Source: Callorhinchus milii (lineage: Eukaryota). From it: a DNA stretch of 64,000 nucleotides. Position numbers and translations under genes: made by a program. The notes under the pieces were generated by a model that saw only the letters and a list, made by a program, of their open reading frames with translations, was not told where the DNA came from and ran no database searches. The stretch spans positions 15,686,001 to 15,750,000 of the forward strand of contig NW_024704755.1 in the NCBI RefSeq assembly GCF_018977255.1, in the 5' to 3' direction. Shown here one piece after another: positions 1-12,100 of this stretch (its first letter is position 1; each line of letters starts with the position of its first letter).

Positions 1-176
1 ACATTCCTTTGCAAGAGATGATTAGAACTTTGATTTGTACCCTTGAGTTCTACAATGAGCAGTGCCTTTATCAACCGAGCTATGGGGGGGCGCGGTAATC
101 AAAATTATAATAGGTCCTTCTCTTAGGAGATTTATGAACACTGAAATATCTAAAGCTTGAAATCTTGGTTTTACAG

Positions 177-329
177 ACCAAACAAAGGGGAGCCGATAAC
201 AAGATAATTTACAGTGTTCTGGATTTAACAGACTCAAAGAAAACAGCATGCAGCAACATTGGTGTGGAATATTCTCAAATACAGGTGAAAACCACAGCAG
301 ATCAGCAGCTATCTACTGGGAACAAATAG
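177..329 (+). CDS. Gene A: last coding exon of an upstream inhibitory family member (ITIM plus second Tyr motif)
   Basis: Acceptor ttttacag at 176. Phase-0 translation TKQRGADNKIIYSVLDLTDSKKTACSNIGVEYSQIQVKTTADQQLSTGNK* contains IIYSVL (ITIM) and VEYSQI. Homologous to the last exons of D (44846) and E (59574). Confidence 0.8.
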   Translation, partial: TKQRGADNKIIYSVLDLTDSKKTACSNIGVEYSQIQVKTTADQQLSTGNK

Positions 330-2299
330 ACACACAGAAGTAATGCGAGAAGTCAATTACTGGTGCATTTTGTTTTTAGTTCTCCATCCCTATAAAGTAA
401 TGGCTTTGATGCTTTTCAATTAGTGTCTACTTATTTGTGAAAATCCATTGCAGGAAAATATTGATGCTTAATTCTATTCATGTGTACTTATGTGATATTT
501 AGAATCTAGTTTCATGCAAATGTATTAACAGCTCTAATCATGACTAGAAGCCTTGATCGAATAGCTTTTAAATCATCGCACACCCAATTTAAAATTGTAC
601 TAAACAATGAAAAAAAATTATAAAGAGTTAAATAAAGCATATAAGCCGTTTGGCCTCATGAAGTGGTGTAGTGTATTTTCTTAACATTTCAATAAAGAAC
701 GATTGTGAAACATAAATCATGTGGTTTTCTCATTTAATCACTTTGCGTCTTTACTATTGGTAAAACAACACGTGGTATGGGTTAGCTTGAAAGCTGTTCA
801 ACAACATATGGCGCAATTCATTTACCGCAAAGGAAAGGTTAATGTGTAGGCGTTCTAATGGTCATGTGTGTGCTGATATATACCTAACAGGAAGCAACCA
901 AAATTTTGAAATGTGCTATTTCTGATGTATTTCAGTGACACCAAAAGTTCCATTACAAGCGACCCGCTTTCTTATACTAAATATAGACGTTGTTTATTGA
1001 CATCTTTATTAACAGCTTAAGCATTTATTTCAGATCAGTGTAGTGTGGATAGGTGCAGTTATAATGCACAATTTCAATATCAGTTGAACAACAAACACCT
1101 GCTTATATTTTAAGAACAAGTCAATACTGGACATCTTGAAAAATTTCCTGGATCAACATCAGTAAAGCACGGATTGTATAGAACATACACTTCCAATTGA
1201 TAGATCTTCTTTCAAGTTGTCATAAATCATGCTTAGTTTTGGTCAACAGAGTTTCTGACACATAATGCTGAACCCCATTGCTTAATAAAATTGAATCCAG
1301 ACTGAAAGTTCCACCTATCCATACCCCACACGTATGGAAAAGTCCCAATTGTCTGGAATGAAGTGGATACGAGTAGTGGATACAGGAGGGTCGCACCTGT
1401 TTACCTAATTCTGGAAAATATTAGGGCAGGTTAGCAAATGCCAATGTCTCCTTGAACATAAAGCAACAATCCAATTAGTTATTGCAACCCAGTGTCACAA
1501 ATGTGCTCCAGATAAATAAATATAAATTTCCTGAGTTAATAGTTGACTGACATAAATTAAGGAAATAATCACATTTTATTATTTCCAGTTCATCAATCAA
1601 AAACTTTAGGAGACTGTCCAACTTAAAAAGTCCATTTCAGAAATGCTCCTTCTTTAAATATCTGTTGGTGAATGACATTGGTACTAAAAAGGATGGTCTG
1701 TTTCATCTGTTTCATCTCTACAAGTTTCATCTCAGCTGTTTCATCTCTACAAAATTACTTTGTCAATTGCCCTTTTTCACAGTACAGAACATGCTTTAAC
1801 ACAGTATTTTTTTTATTCAGACGAATGCAATGAGACAATCAAACCACACACTGCTTTTACATTCCATATATGGTAAAGTTCATGTCATGCTGAATCCGCT
1901 GTAATACAAAGGAATGGTTGTAAGATAGAGGAAAGCGTAAGCAGAAAATTAATGTACAAATATAATGATATAACCGAATGGTAAACAGTGAATTGTGGTC
2001 CTCGGCACAGCACAAGAATGAAGCAATTATTAAGAGGTGAACGCCTGGTTTAATTGGGAACATCCAAATATTGTTGGACGAAACTCCATGCCTGGACTTT
2101 TAACTCACATAGTCCAGGGTGGTTGCAAGGGACAATGCTGAGGGTGTTAAAGGTCCAATCCCTCAACTTAGATGTTATGCCAAGGTCCCATCTGTCTATT
2201 CCGGTGGAAATTAAAGATCATATGATACAACTAATTAATTTAATACCATGTTATTTTTAATGTTTAATATATGTGGATCTATCACTGCACTGTATTTCC

Positions 2300-2730
2300 G
2301 TGGTCAAAGAGGAACGTCAAGATACAGCCATTGAAAGAAGTGAGGGAGAAGAGGGCAAGTCGGAGGGATTCTGGGATGGAGCTCCAGAGAGTTGGGGCAG
2401 ATAGATTGAAATCTTGACCGCTGATGGTGGGTTGAGTAATGTGTAGGCTGGTGCTTGCTGATCGAATGGCAGGGAAAGTACTGCTGAGGAGGTCTCAGAG
2501 ATATGGTAGGGCAAGAATATGGAGGGATTTGATGGTGAAGGTAAGGATCTTCAACTCGATACATTGGGGGATTGTGGAGCAAATGTAGCAGGGAGACGAT
2601 CTGGACCATAGGTACCTGGACATTATTGCAGAAATGACAAGGGCTGCAATGTTCTGGAGAGTCTGTAGCTTGCTTCAGGCAGAGTTGGACAGTCTGGTGA
2701 GCAGAGCTGGACAATAAATAGAAAGACAAT
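2300..2730 (-). mobile_element. Decayed L2-clade LINE RT C-terminal fragment
   Basis: Nucleotide similarity to the 16327-17150 copy (gagctccagagagttgggg..., cttcaactcgat...). Confidence 0.65.
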
Positions 2731-4739
2731 ATTGTTGGAAAGGTAAATGCAATTCAGACTTTGTTTAAAAGTAAACTGGCACAGAGGTTGCAGTGCCACC
2801 ATCTGACATTATAAGGCAAGTGAAGCACTTCCTCCATGAAACATTTTTTTCCATGACCAACTGACCAATAGTGAGAGTTATATTTTCCTTGGAAAAGTTG
2901 CATCATTTAAACCATTATTCAGTGATTCTGACATTAGTTTTTAAAAAGTACATTTGAAACTATACATTTAAAAATCAAAACAAATTCAACAACAATAACA
3001 AAATGCAATTATATAGCGCCTTTCACATATGGGTAACTAAATGACAAGTTGCCAGGAAGAGTAGCTGAGGCCAGGACACTCGACCTATTTAAAAAAACAG
3101 CTTGATACTGTGATGGGGAAATGGTACAATGGATGTTCTGGAAGAATGACATTGGATGGTCCAAAGGGTCAACTTCATCCATACCAATTTTGTGAACTTG
3201 TGGTAAGGTTTTGGTGCATTTTATAGGGAAATGGGTTGGACGCTGAAAAAGAGGAAGGAGGCGGTGGACATTGGTGGATCATGTAGGTTCTAAAGACACA
3301 AAGAGTTGGGTGAGACTCTTTGATAGAGAGTGTTGGATCCGGACTTTAGTCAGGTATATATAGAATGGAGATCTAATTTGATAAGCATTCCAAAGAAAAG
3401 CAACAATAGCATAAGCATTCAGGCCTGAATGGTTCATTTACAGGAAAGCGGCAGTGCAAACTTGATGGGCTGGATGGGCTCCAATTGTGCTTTGGAACTG
3501 CAATCTAAACTTCATTCTCCTCCGATTCACTCAAATCCCTTTTCAGTTTTACATGGTTTATCTTCAATTACACTGAATTAATGCACTGTATAATATATTT
3601 AACTGTTTACAAACAACAACAAATTAATGTGAAAATGTTTTTATTTAGAACAAACTTACATGATTAGAGAAATATCACAACCTTTTAAGTGATTCTTTGA
3701 GATATTTTTCAAGAAGGAATTACAATTAGTGTAACCACAGATGGATAAATAAAAATCTAACATGCATGATAAATATTTTATAGAGTACATTACTTCAGAA
3801 TCATCTCTATGACACACTTCATGCGAATTGGTAAAAGATAAATTTTAAAATTGTGCAATGAATGCAATGAAAACACATTTCAAATGGTTATATTATACAT
3901 AATGAATTTTTATTACATACCAAGTCAATCAACTTTCCAAATTTCTGAATTTGCTTATTTAGTCTATATTCCAAATTAATTACTAAACTATAATATCATT
4001 TTCCTTTTAAATATTTATGGGAAAGTTATCACAATAAGATATTTTGGTAACACGGAGTTCTGCGAACCCACCAGGCATAAGACCGGGTCTCCTGAAAGGA
4101 TTACACAGGATTGATTGAATTCCTTCGCCAGTATTTCATCTTGAAGAAAGTTTATCTCCAGGAACACCTCGTTGTAACTATCACTAAGATTAGTGCGAGA
4201 ATTTTAGTAGTCATGACAAACATTGCGTTTTTAATTTCATCTAAAAAAAACAACCATTATCATTGCTACCAATGGTATATCTGATTCTAATGAGTCATTA
4301 AAAATAGAAGCTTAGTTAGAAATAGTATTTAGACTAGACCACGTACATAATCCCCCAATATTAATGAGACACGACATGTCTCCTTCTCATATTTCACTGC
4401 AGGAAATTGTAACTCCTTGTTGCAGACAACCAGCAGATTCAGGGTTAATCTAAAGCGTGATCAGGATGGTGATGAATATTATCTTCCAATGGTCTGTAAC
4501 AGGGCTTATTTCCACAGGTATGTGTTCATACTGCAGCTTTGTTAAGCAGTTGTCTTGATGAAGCAGTTGTCTTGGCTTCTATAAAGAGTGCATTAAATCT
4601 GTTTTTGATTGGTGTATATCTATTTGAATTTCACTGCATTGTTTCTTTCAAATTGGTGTTTGGATTTATTCCTAAGAGTAGTTGGCAATACTTTGTAGAG
4701 TGACTCAACAGCCCAACTACACGACTATCCGAGGTTAAA

Positions 4740-5033
4740 GTCCTGTAGCTCAGTGGTTAGAGCACTTGCCTTTGCAAGCGAAACATCTGGGTTCAATTCC
4801 AGGCAGGGCGAAACCTTGGGCAAGTTTCCTTACTCCACACACCTAATAATAATCCCTCCCAAAAAAATATTAAATTGGTCATTTTCAATCCATGACTGTT
4901 TGTGGGACGCTGCTGTGCGCAATTGGCTGCCACATTTCGGCCACAAATATACAGTCAATTCACTTTACAGTCTACTCTGTGAAGCGCTTTGAAAAGTCGA
5001 GAAAACGTGAAAAGCGCTATATCAAATGCAAGG

Positions 5034-5065
<32 letters not shown>
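4740..5065 (+). mobile_element. tRNA-headed Deu-domain-type SINE inserted in the psi1 V exon
   Basis: A box tagctcagtgg, B box ggttcaattcc, core tgtttgtggga..gctgtgcgcaattggctgcc, (TTA)n tail, short target duplication aaag. Confidence 0.9.
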
Positions 5066-5066
<1 letters not shown>

Positions 5067-5082
5067 AAGCATCACCATCTAC

Positions 5083-5232
5083 CCCCTCCTCGCTCGCTCC
5101 CTCCCTTCCCTCCCCGCACCCTGACCATTTCCCCCCTGCGTGTGTCCTGACCCAACTGTCCAGTGCCTTGGGATATCCTCCCGACGTGAAAAGCGCTCTA
5201 TAAATGAAACCTTGTTGTTGTTGTTGTTGTTG
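5083..5232 (+). mobile_element. L2 LINE 3' end with (TTG)n tail inserted in the psi1 V exon
   Basis: cccaactgtccagtgccttggga..gcgctctataaatg..(ttg)n. Target duplication tac. Confidence 0.8.
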
Positions 5233-6916
5233 TACTGCACCATTCCCTACTTTGAAGATAATTCTTATATAAAGGTAAATTGACAGAAGCAGCGAGAGAG
5301 TGGATACCTACAAACAAGAGCAGATAACGGGAAATGGTTTGCAAGAAGCGATTCCTTCTAGCTTCCAGATTTGAATTACCAAGACTCTGGAGTTGATTTG
5401 GGGGCATTGGTGCTTCAGGGGAAAACAGCAAGAATGAAACTGGATCACATTTAATGGTGTGTGGTAACTGAGAATGCAACACAGAATGGGCCTGTAGCAA
5501 TATTCAAGTTATTGCGTAAAGAAATGTCGTCAAGAGTTATAATTAATGCTTTGAGAAAACCAAACGGTTCCAGCTATTCAAAGATTTGCCACTCATGTAA
5601 TGTTTCCCTACTTCCTACTTGCTATCTATTAATTCCAGGAACGGAATTCATTTAAATTTCTACATTTTATCAATACTATTTAATTACTATTTGAGTAATC
5701 AATACTATTGTATCAATACTATTTAAGATTTACAAGATTAAGGCTTTAATTAAATAATATTTTAAATAAGACAATGGTATTTAAGATATTTCAATGTAAT
5801 ACATTTTAAAACAAATTTGGAGTGGTTCAGCTTCAATGTTGCATATCTCCCTGCTGATATTTTATTCTGTTGTAGTTACTTTTCCTGAGTTTGCGGATAC
5901 TTTTTTTTAAAAATAAAAATTTGGGATTAAGTTAAGGATTTGTATGGTAAGAGCTTTGAAAACCAGGTGTTATTAACTTTTCAAAACATGGAAATGAACA
6001 CCACATCTTTATGCCCTCTATACTACCCATTAAATATATCAGCCATATTGTTGAGAGATCCTTCTGTTGGCCACAATTTCCCACATTCAAGCTTTGTCCA
6101 CCTCTTGAAAATAAAATGTATCTTCCCCCAGTTTCAATTTGTAACTATGAGATGATAGGGTTAATACTTTATTTACGTGCTCACGTAACAACAATTTAAA
6201 CTGTCCAATTAAGACAAGTTAGACGTTCTCTGCATTGAAATATAAAAAGATTTTCTTTTGTGGTAAAACGGAGAGGTAGTGAACGACACACAATGTGTGT
6301 CCTAAGCGCAAAATGCGCTTTATATGATGCATTTATTTACAACTTTACTAATTGCTTTGATATCTATTAACACCCTGCTGTCCATAGAGGAACAAATATA
6401 GCAAGTAATTCGCATCTCATGAAAAAAAGGTAATTTATTAAATACATAATCAAGAATCGAATGTGGCAATAAATACAAAACAGAATAAAATGTCTTCCTC
6501 ATAATGTATTCAGAACGGACTCTATGTGGAAGAGGCGCAGTCCATCCAGAGTGGGGGCTGTTTAAGTATATTATTAAGTAGATTCCAGAGATTGACAAAA
6601 TGCATAGTTACCTTTAAATACCTCCATCGACTTGACCCACTATACCTCTGCAATATCATTTACAACATACTCCACCCGCTCTGTCACTTCTTGCTTTGCT
6701 TCCACCCTCTCTAACTGCCCCCAACCCCATCTCTGACATCTTTCAACCACTCAGTCCTTACCTTCTGGAACTCTCTTTCAACATTGGTCTGTCCAATCTC
6801 TCCCTAACTTCAAAACTTGTCTAAAGACATCTCCTTGACTGCTTTTTAGTCGCTTCTCTCACCTCCTCTCCTTTCTCCTGCTCAAATTGGGTGGTTTCGA
6901 TCTTCCTTGGATTTAT

Positions 6917-7246
6917 CATAATAATAATAATAATAATAATAACAATAATAATCCTTGCATTTGATAAAGCGCTTTTCACGTCGAGAGGACGTCCCAAAGC
7001 GCTTCACAGAACACACTGTAAAGTGAGTTGACTGTATATTTGTGGGCGAACGCGGCAGCCAATTGCGCATAGCAATGTCCCACAAACAGTCGTAGATTTA
7101 TTATTGTTTGTGGTTTTGGAGGGATTATTATTAGGCTGTGTGTGGAGTAAGGAAACTTCTCCAAGGTTTCGCCCTCTGCCTGGAATTGAATTCAGGTCTC
7201 TCACTTGCAAAGCGAGTGCTCTAACCACTGAGCTACAGGACTCCAC
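6917..7246 (-). mobile_element. Full-length young SINE copy
   Basis: Reverse complement of the same head/core/(TTA)n consensus. Confidence 0.9.
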
Positions 7247-8186
7247 TTAATTCGCTGTTGACCAATGAAATTTGGTCAAATTATTGTACATCTTACCCAT
7301 TGCATAGAATGTTTGGTCTCTCCAACAATTGTGAAAATATTAATTTATGTAACATGTTATTCTAAGAGTTTTCAAACGATTCTAAATATTTTTTGGCTTG
7401 ATTTATAGAGCACATAACCCACTAAGAATACTCCAGTACCACAACAAAATATCTTATTTTTACACTCTTTGTATGGAAACTTTCAAGTGGCTGCGTTCAG
7501 CAGACTGCAGCAGGAGGAACTTTGTTGGGAAAGAACTAACACAAAATTAACCCCAGTTGTTACACTTTTAAAAATGGACTTTCAGAAGTTACACTGAGAA
7601 CAGCTATCCTGTCGATTTGCGTGAGAATGTAGTTTAATAAAGTCATAGCAAACTTTGTAAATTCCAGATATTAATTTATCTTTTAATCTGTGGATTTTTA
7701 TAAACCTTCGGATCAGACGTTAAACAGAGGGCTCGCCTGCTGCCTCTTCAGATGGATTTTAAAGATCACATCAAAAAGAGAATAAAGTGTTTACCAGTTT
7801 CCGGGTCCACAATCCCCCAAATAAAATTGGTCATTCCCTTCATGGTTGTTTATGAGACATTGATGTGCGCGAATTGTATGCCACTTACTCCCAAAGAAAT
7901 ATATAGTCACTCAACTTTACAATGTATCCTGTGAAGCACTTTGAATCGTTCTCCTGCCATGAAAGATGCTATATGCAATGTAAAGGTTATTATTATTTTA
8001 CGTATGATAAGATGAATAATTGTAGGCATCCTTCAAGTAGGTAAAGTTTTGTTTCGGGAATGACAAAGTTGAATAGTTTATTGATTAATACACAAGAAAT
8101 CAATGTCATTACCTTAAATTCATTTTATCAACCCCTTGTAGCAGACCAGCAACAGTTTCAAAGTTGTCTCCGAAGTGATCCGAAAG

Positions 8187-8238
8187 ATGGCGAGTGTTGC
8201 ATTTCAGTATTTCACGCTCATGGGGATGCTTTCCACAG
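8187..8238 (+). pseudogene. Orphan leader exon L0 with dead splice donor (probable original 5' end of gene B)
   Basis: MASVAFQYFTLMGMLST followed by g|AT instead of g|GT. Preceded by the family 5'UTR motif cagaccagca. The downstream intron copy (~8970-9053) ends in a broken V acceptor (ctgat-g ttgttgacg). Confidence 0.8.
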
Positions 8239-8319
8239 ATAGGTTCCCAGTTTGATGAGAAGAAAGATAGACAAATCTTTTATGTATATAAGCTGAGTAT
8301 CAATCTTGCTTTAGCTTTA

Positions 8320-8957
8320 GGAGTCCTGTAGCTCAGTAGTCAGAGAACATGCCTCACAAGCGAGAAACCTGGGTTCATTTCCCAGCAGGGCAAAACCTTG
8401 GGCAAGTTTTCTTACTCAACCCGCCAGATAAAAATCCCTCAAGAAAAACAAACAATAATAATTTGATCACTCAATCCACAACTGTTTGTGGGACACTGCT
8501 GTGTTCAATAGGCTGCCACGTTTCACCCACAAAATATACAGTCAATTCACTATATGGTATATAATGTGAAGTGGAGTCCTGTAGCTCAATGGTTAGAACA
8601 CTCGCTTTGCAAGCGAGAGACCTGAGTTCAATTCCAGGCAGAGGGCGAAACCTTGGGCCAGTTTCCTTACTCCACACGCCTAATAATAATCCCTCCAAAA
8701 AAAAAACAATAATAAATTGGTCATTTTCAATCTACGACTGTTTGTGGGACATTGCTGTGCGCAATTGGCTGCCGCGTTCGCCCACAAATATACAGTCAAT
8801 TCACTTTAAAGTGTGTTCTGTGAAGCGCTTTGGGACGTCCTCCTGACGTGAAAAGCGCTATATCAAATGCAAGGATTATTATTATTATTATTATTAAGTG
8901 CTTTGATATGTCTAGAAGACGTGAAAAGCTCTATATCAAATGCATTATTATCATTAT
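8320..8957 (+). mobile_element. Older SINE with a younger SINE (8571-8895) nested inside it
   Basis: The outer copy is interrupted at gtgaagtg and resumes at 8896 (aagtgctttg...aaatgcattatt). Target duplication aagtg. Confidence 0.85.
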
Positions 8958-9141
8958 CTCATTACCTTTTGATTTATATTTCTCTGTATTCGTTTTCATC
9001 AGCTCTGTATTTTACTCAATCAGTGTTTGGATTAATTTCTGATGTTGTTGACGTCACTGCCTCACATTCACTTTAGCATCTGACACCCCTCATTACAGAC
9101 CAGCAGTGGGTTCAGGGTAATCTCAGACAGTGATCCGAACC

Positions 9142-12100
9142 ATGGCGAGTGTTGTGTTTTACTGTTTCTCTCTCGTGGGGATGCTTTCCACAGGTAAGCG
9201 CTCGGTTTGTCTGCAAATATAGTCGCAGTCGTATTCATTTTTATACTAAACCAAGTGCTCTGGGGCACTACCCTGCGTGAGAGGCGTTATATAAATCCAA
9301 ATTGTTGCAAACAAAGTTCCGTTGCTTTACTTGCATCTCTTTACCTCATGCTTTATATTTTCTCTGTATTCGTTTTCATCGGCTACATATTTTACTCAAT
9401 CAGTATTTGAATTTGTTTTGATAGTTGTTGACGGCACTTCGGTCCAAGTAACTCAACTCCCCAAACACACAACTGTAATCAAAGGTGAAAGCATCACCTT
9501 CTACTGTGCCATTTCCTACTTTGAAGAAAACTCACGTACAAAAGTATACTGGTGGAAGCATGGGGAGAGGGAGTACCTGCAAACACGGCCAGATGCCAGG
9601 AAAATATTTGATATTGAAAAAGGAGGAAGCGGCTTCTTTCAGCTCCTGGATGTGAATCTTCAGGACTCTGGAGTTTATCACTGTGCTCTGGCGTTGGAGG
9701 GAAAAATAGCAAAAAATGGAACTGGATCGAATTTAACTGTATGCGGTAAGTGTTAACCCTTCGCAGAACTGGATCATTGTTATCTTTACATATTACGCAA
9801 ATATATCTAACGCACTATAATCTTAAGAGAATCAAAACTAGACTGAGAACTGCAGGTGTGTATGACATCTACATTGGGAAATTGTGCAGTATCTGAAAAG
9901 GAATGATGTTTCCTGGTTACCTAATTCTGGAGAGCAGAGGTTTGTTGTGTCCCCTGGAGTTTAATCAGATAAAGCCACATACTTGCCAACTCCTTGAAAT
10001 TTGAAAGCACATTTGGCTTCCTGCAATGCTGTGCAGGTAGGAAAAGCCCGACCGGTACCGGTTTGTCTTGAGGGTTAAACAGCAGATGAGTGGCAAGATT
10101 CCCTGCCCCTGTGACTATCTGGGGATCCAGGACAGATCTGGATCATTGCTATCTTTACATATTACGCAAATATATCTAGTAAACTATCCTCTTAAGAGAA
10201 TCAAAACTAGACTGAGAACTACATGTGTGTATGTCATCTACACTAGGAAATTGTCCAGTATCTGATAACAATAATAATCCTTGCATTTGATATAGCACTT
10301 TTCACCTCTTCTAGATATCTCAAAGCATTTTACAGAATATACTGTTGACCGTATATTTTGTGGGCGAAACTCGGCAGCCAATTGCGCACAGCAGCGTGCC
10401 ACAAACAGTCTTGGATTGAATGACCAATGTTGTTCTTTTTCTTGAGGGGTTATTATCAGGCATGTGGAGTAAGGAAACTTCCCCAAGGTTTCGCCGTGCT
10501 GGGGATCGAAACCAGGTCGCTCGCTTGCGATGTGAAGGCTCTCACCATTGAGCTACAGGATTCCACAATTGGAAAGGAATGACGTTCCTAGTTACCTAAT
10601 TCTAGAAAGCATTGGTTGGCAAATGCCAAGGCTTGTGTCCCACTGGAATTTAATCAGATAAAGCTGTATACTTGTCAGCACTTGAAACTTGAAAGCACTG
10701 TCTGACAAGCTTCCTGTTGTTTATACAGGTAGGACAAGGCCCCAGTTTACTTATTTGATGTGCAGGGTTAAACAGAATCTGAGTGGGAAGAATACCTGCC
10801 CTATGACTGTCTGCCTCTAATCCCAGGCTGGCTGGTCTGTCATCAGCAATGCCCAGGAATTTTGCAGATCTGCCAATCTCAGGAACGGAACTACTGACAC
10901 AGAGGATTGACTGAGGTGCAACAGTCTGCTGCTAAACATGTCACAGTGGAGAAAGTTCAGCTGCAAGGAAACTCTGTTAACTCCGCACCCACCCACCCCC
11001 ACCCCTCATACCCTCCCGAAGAGGGTATAAACATGATAAAACATGCAAGTAACCAAACCAACATAAATCAAAGTTCATCAATATCCGTTAGGTGTGTACT
11101 GTAAGTAATTCGAATAGAACTGTCCAAATAACACAATTTAGAGTAGCGTAACATCTCTGGAATGTCCATGTATAGGTGGGAACCATGGAATTCGCAGTTA
11201 AATATGGATATTTTTAAGCAGGTTGTGCTGGTTTTTCGCATTGAGGCCAGCCAATCAGCTGACCTCCAAAAAAATTTGTGGAAGGGAATCCTTACTTTGG
11301 TGAAGACTGAAATAGTAAATAACAGCAGATCATATTTTAATATTTTAATGCCACTCGCACCAGCTTTTTGAATGAATAATGTTGTTTCATTACTTTTGGC
11401 AACTGTGATTGCTGGAGAGTAAAGAAAATGCTATTACCGAGTAAATACAAAATATAGAAATCAGATCAATAATAATAATAATCCTTGCATTTGATACAGC
11501 GCTTTTCATGTCGGGAGGATGTCCCAAAGCGCTTCACAGAACACACTGTAAAGTGAATTGACTGTATATTTGTGGGCGAACGCGGCAGCCAATTACGCTC
11601 AGCAATGTCCCACAAACAGTCGTGGATTGAAAATGACCAATTTATTATTGTTTTTGGATTTGGAGGGATTAGATCAAGTTGTCACAGAGAAATTAATCAG
11701 ATATAAATCGGAATTAAATTTTCCTCAACTGAACAGAAATGGTGTAATTCTGCTCCATTATCTAACCCACAGTTCCACCAACGCCACTGAAGATAATCCC
11801 AAGGTTTACTAAACGTAATGCATCGGTGTCTCTGACTCTTGTGTGTCAAACGGCTGAGTATTACCCGAAGAATCTCATCCTGACTTGGTATAACAGTGTC
11901 ACCGAAATTACAACAGGAATAAATACCACTGAACAGCAGAATCCAGGGGGATTGTATGGAACTTCCAGTTCTATGGAAGTGGCACAGCCCATCCTGAGGG
12001 GGGCTGTTTATACCTGTAAGGTGTCACACATCAGCCTCAAGGCTTCAGAAATTGCCGAATACAAGGTTCAACTTTCTGAACGTTCCGATGAAGGTAGCAT

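Larger units (their letters stand above)
4466..5463 (+). pseudogene. psi1: V-Ig receptor pseudogene (leader plus disrupted V exon)
   Basis: Leader MVMNIIFQWSVTGLIST-g|gt at 4466-4517. V exon 4679-5463 reads VTQQP..IRG / SITIY / CTIPYFEDNS..KVN*QK..YLQTRAD..QDSG..ETGSHLMVC|gt, with stops and frameshifts, and is split by a SINE and an L2 3' end. Confidence 0.85.

Noticed and set aside
4740-4815. tRNA-Ala(UGC)-like sequences at many positions
   Set aside because: Each runs straight into the SINE core and (TTA)n tail. They are SINE heads, not tRNA genes.
5990-6070. PLNISAILLRDPSV, resembling the start of the gene C C1 exon (PLEIFSGDPERDPSV)
   Set aside because: Too short, no acceptor, and no downstream Cys/FYP/Trp. 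It could be a psi1 C1 remnant but I cannot support it.
8571-8846. Recurrent ORFs such as MESCSS..RALALQARD.. and ..KCKDYYYYY
   Set aside because: Chance frames within SINE copies.
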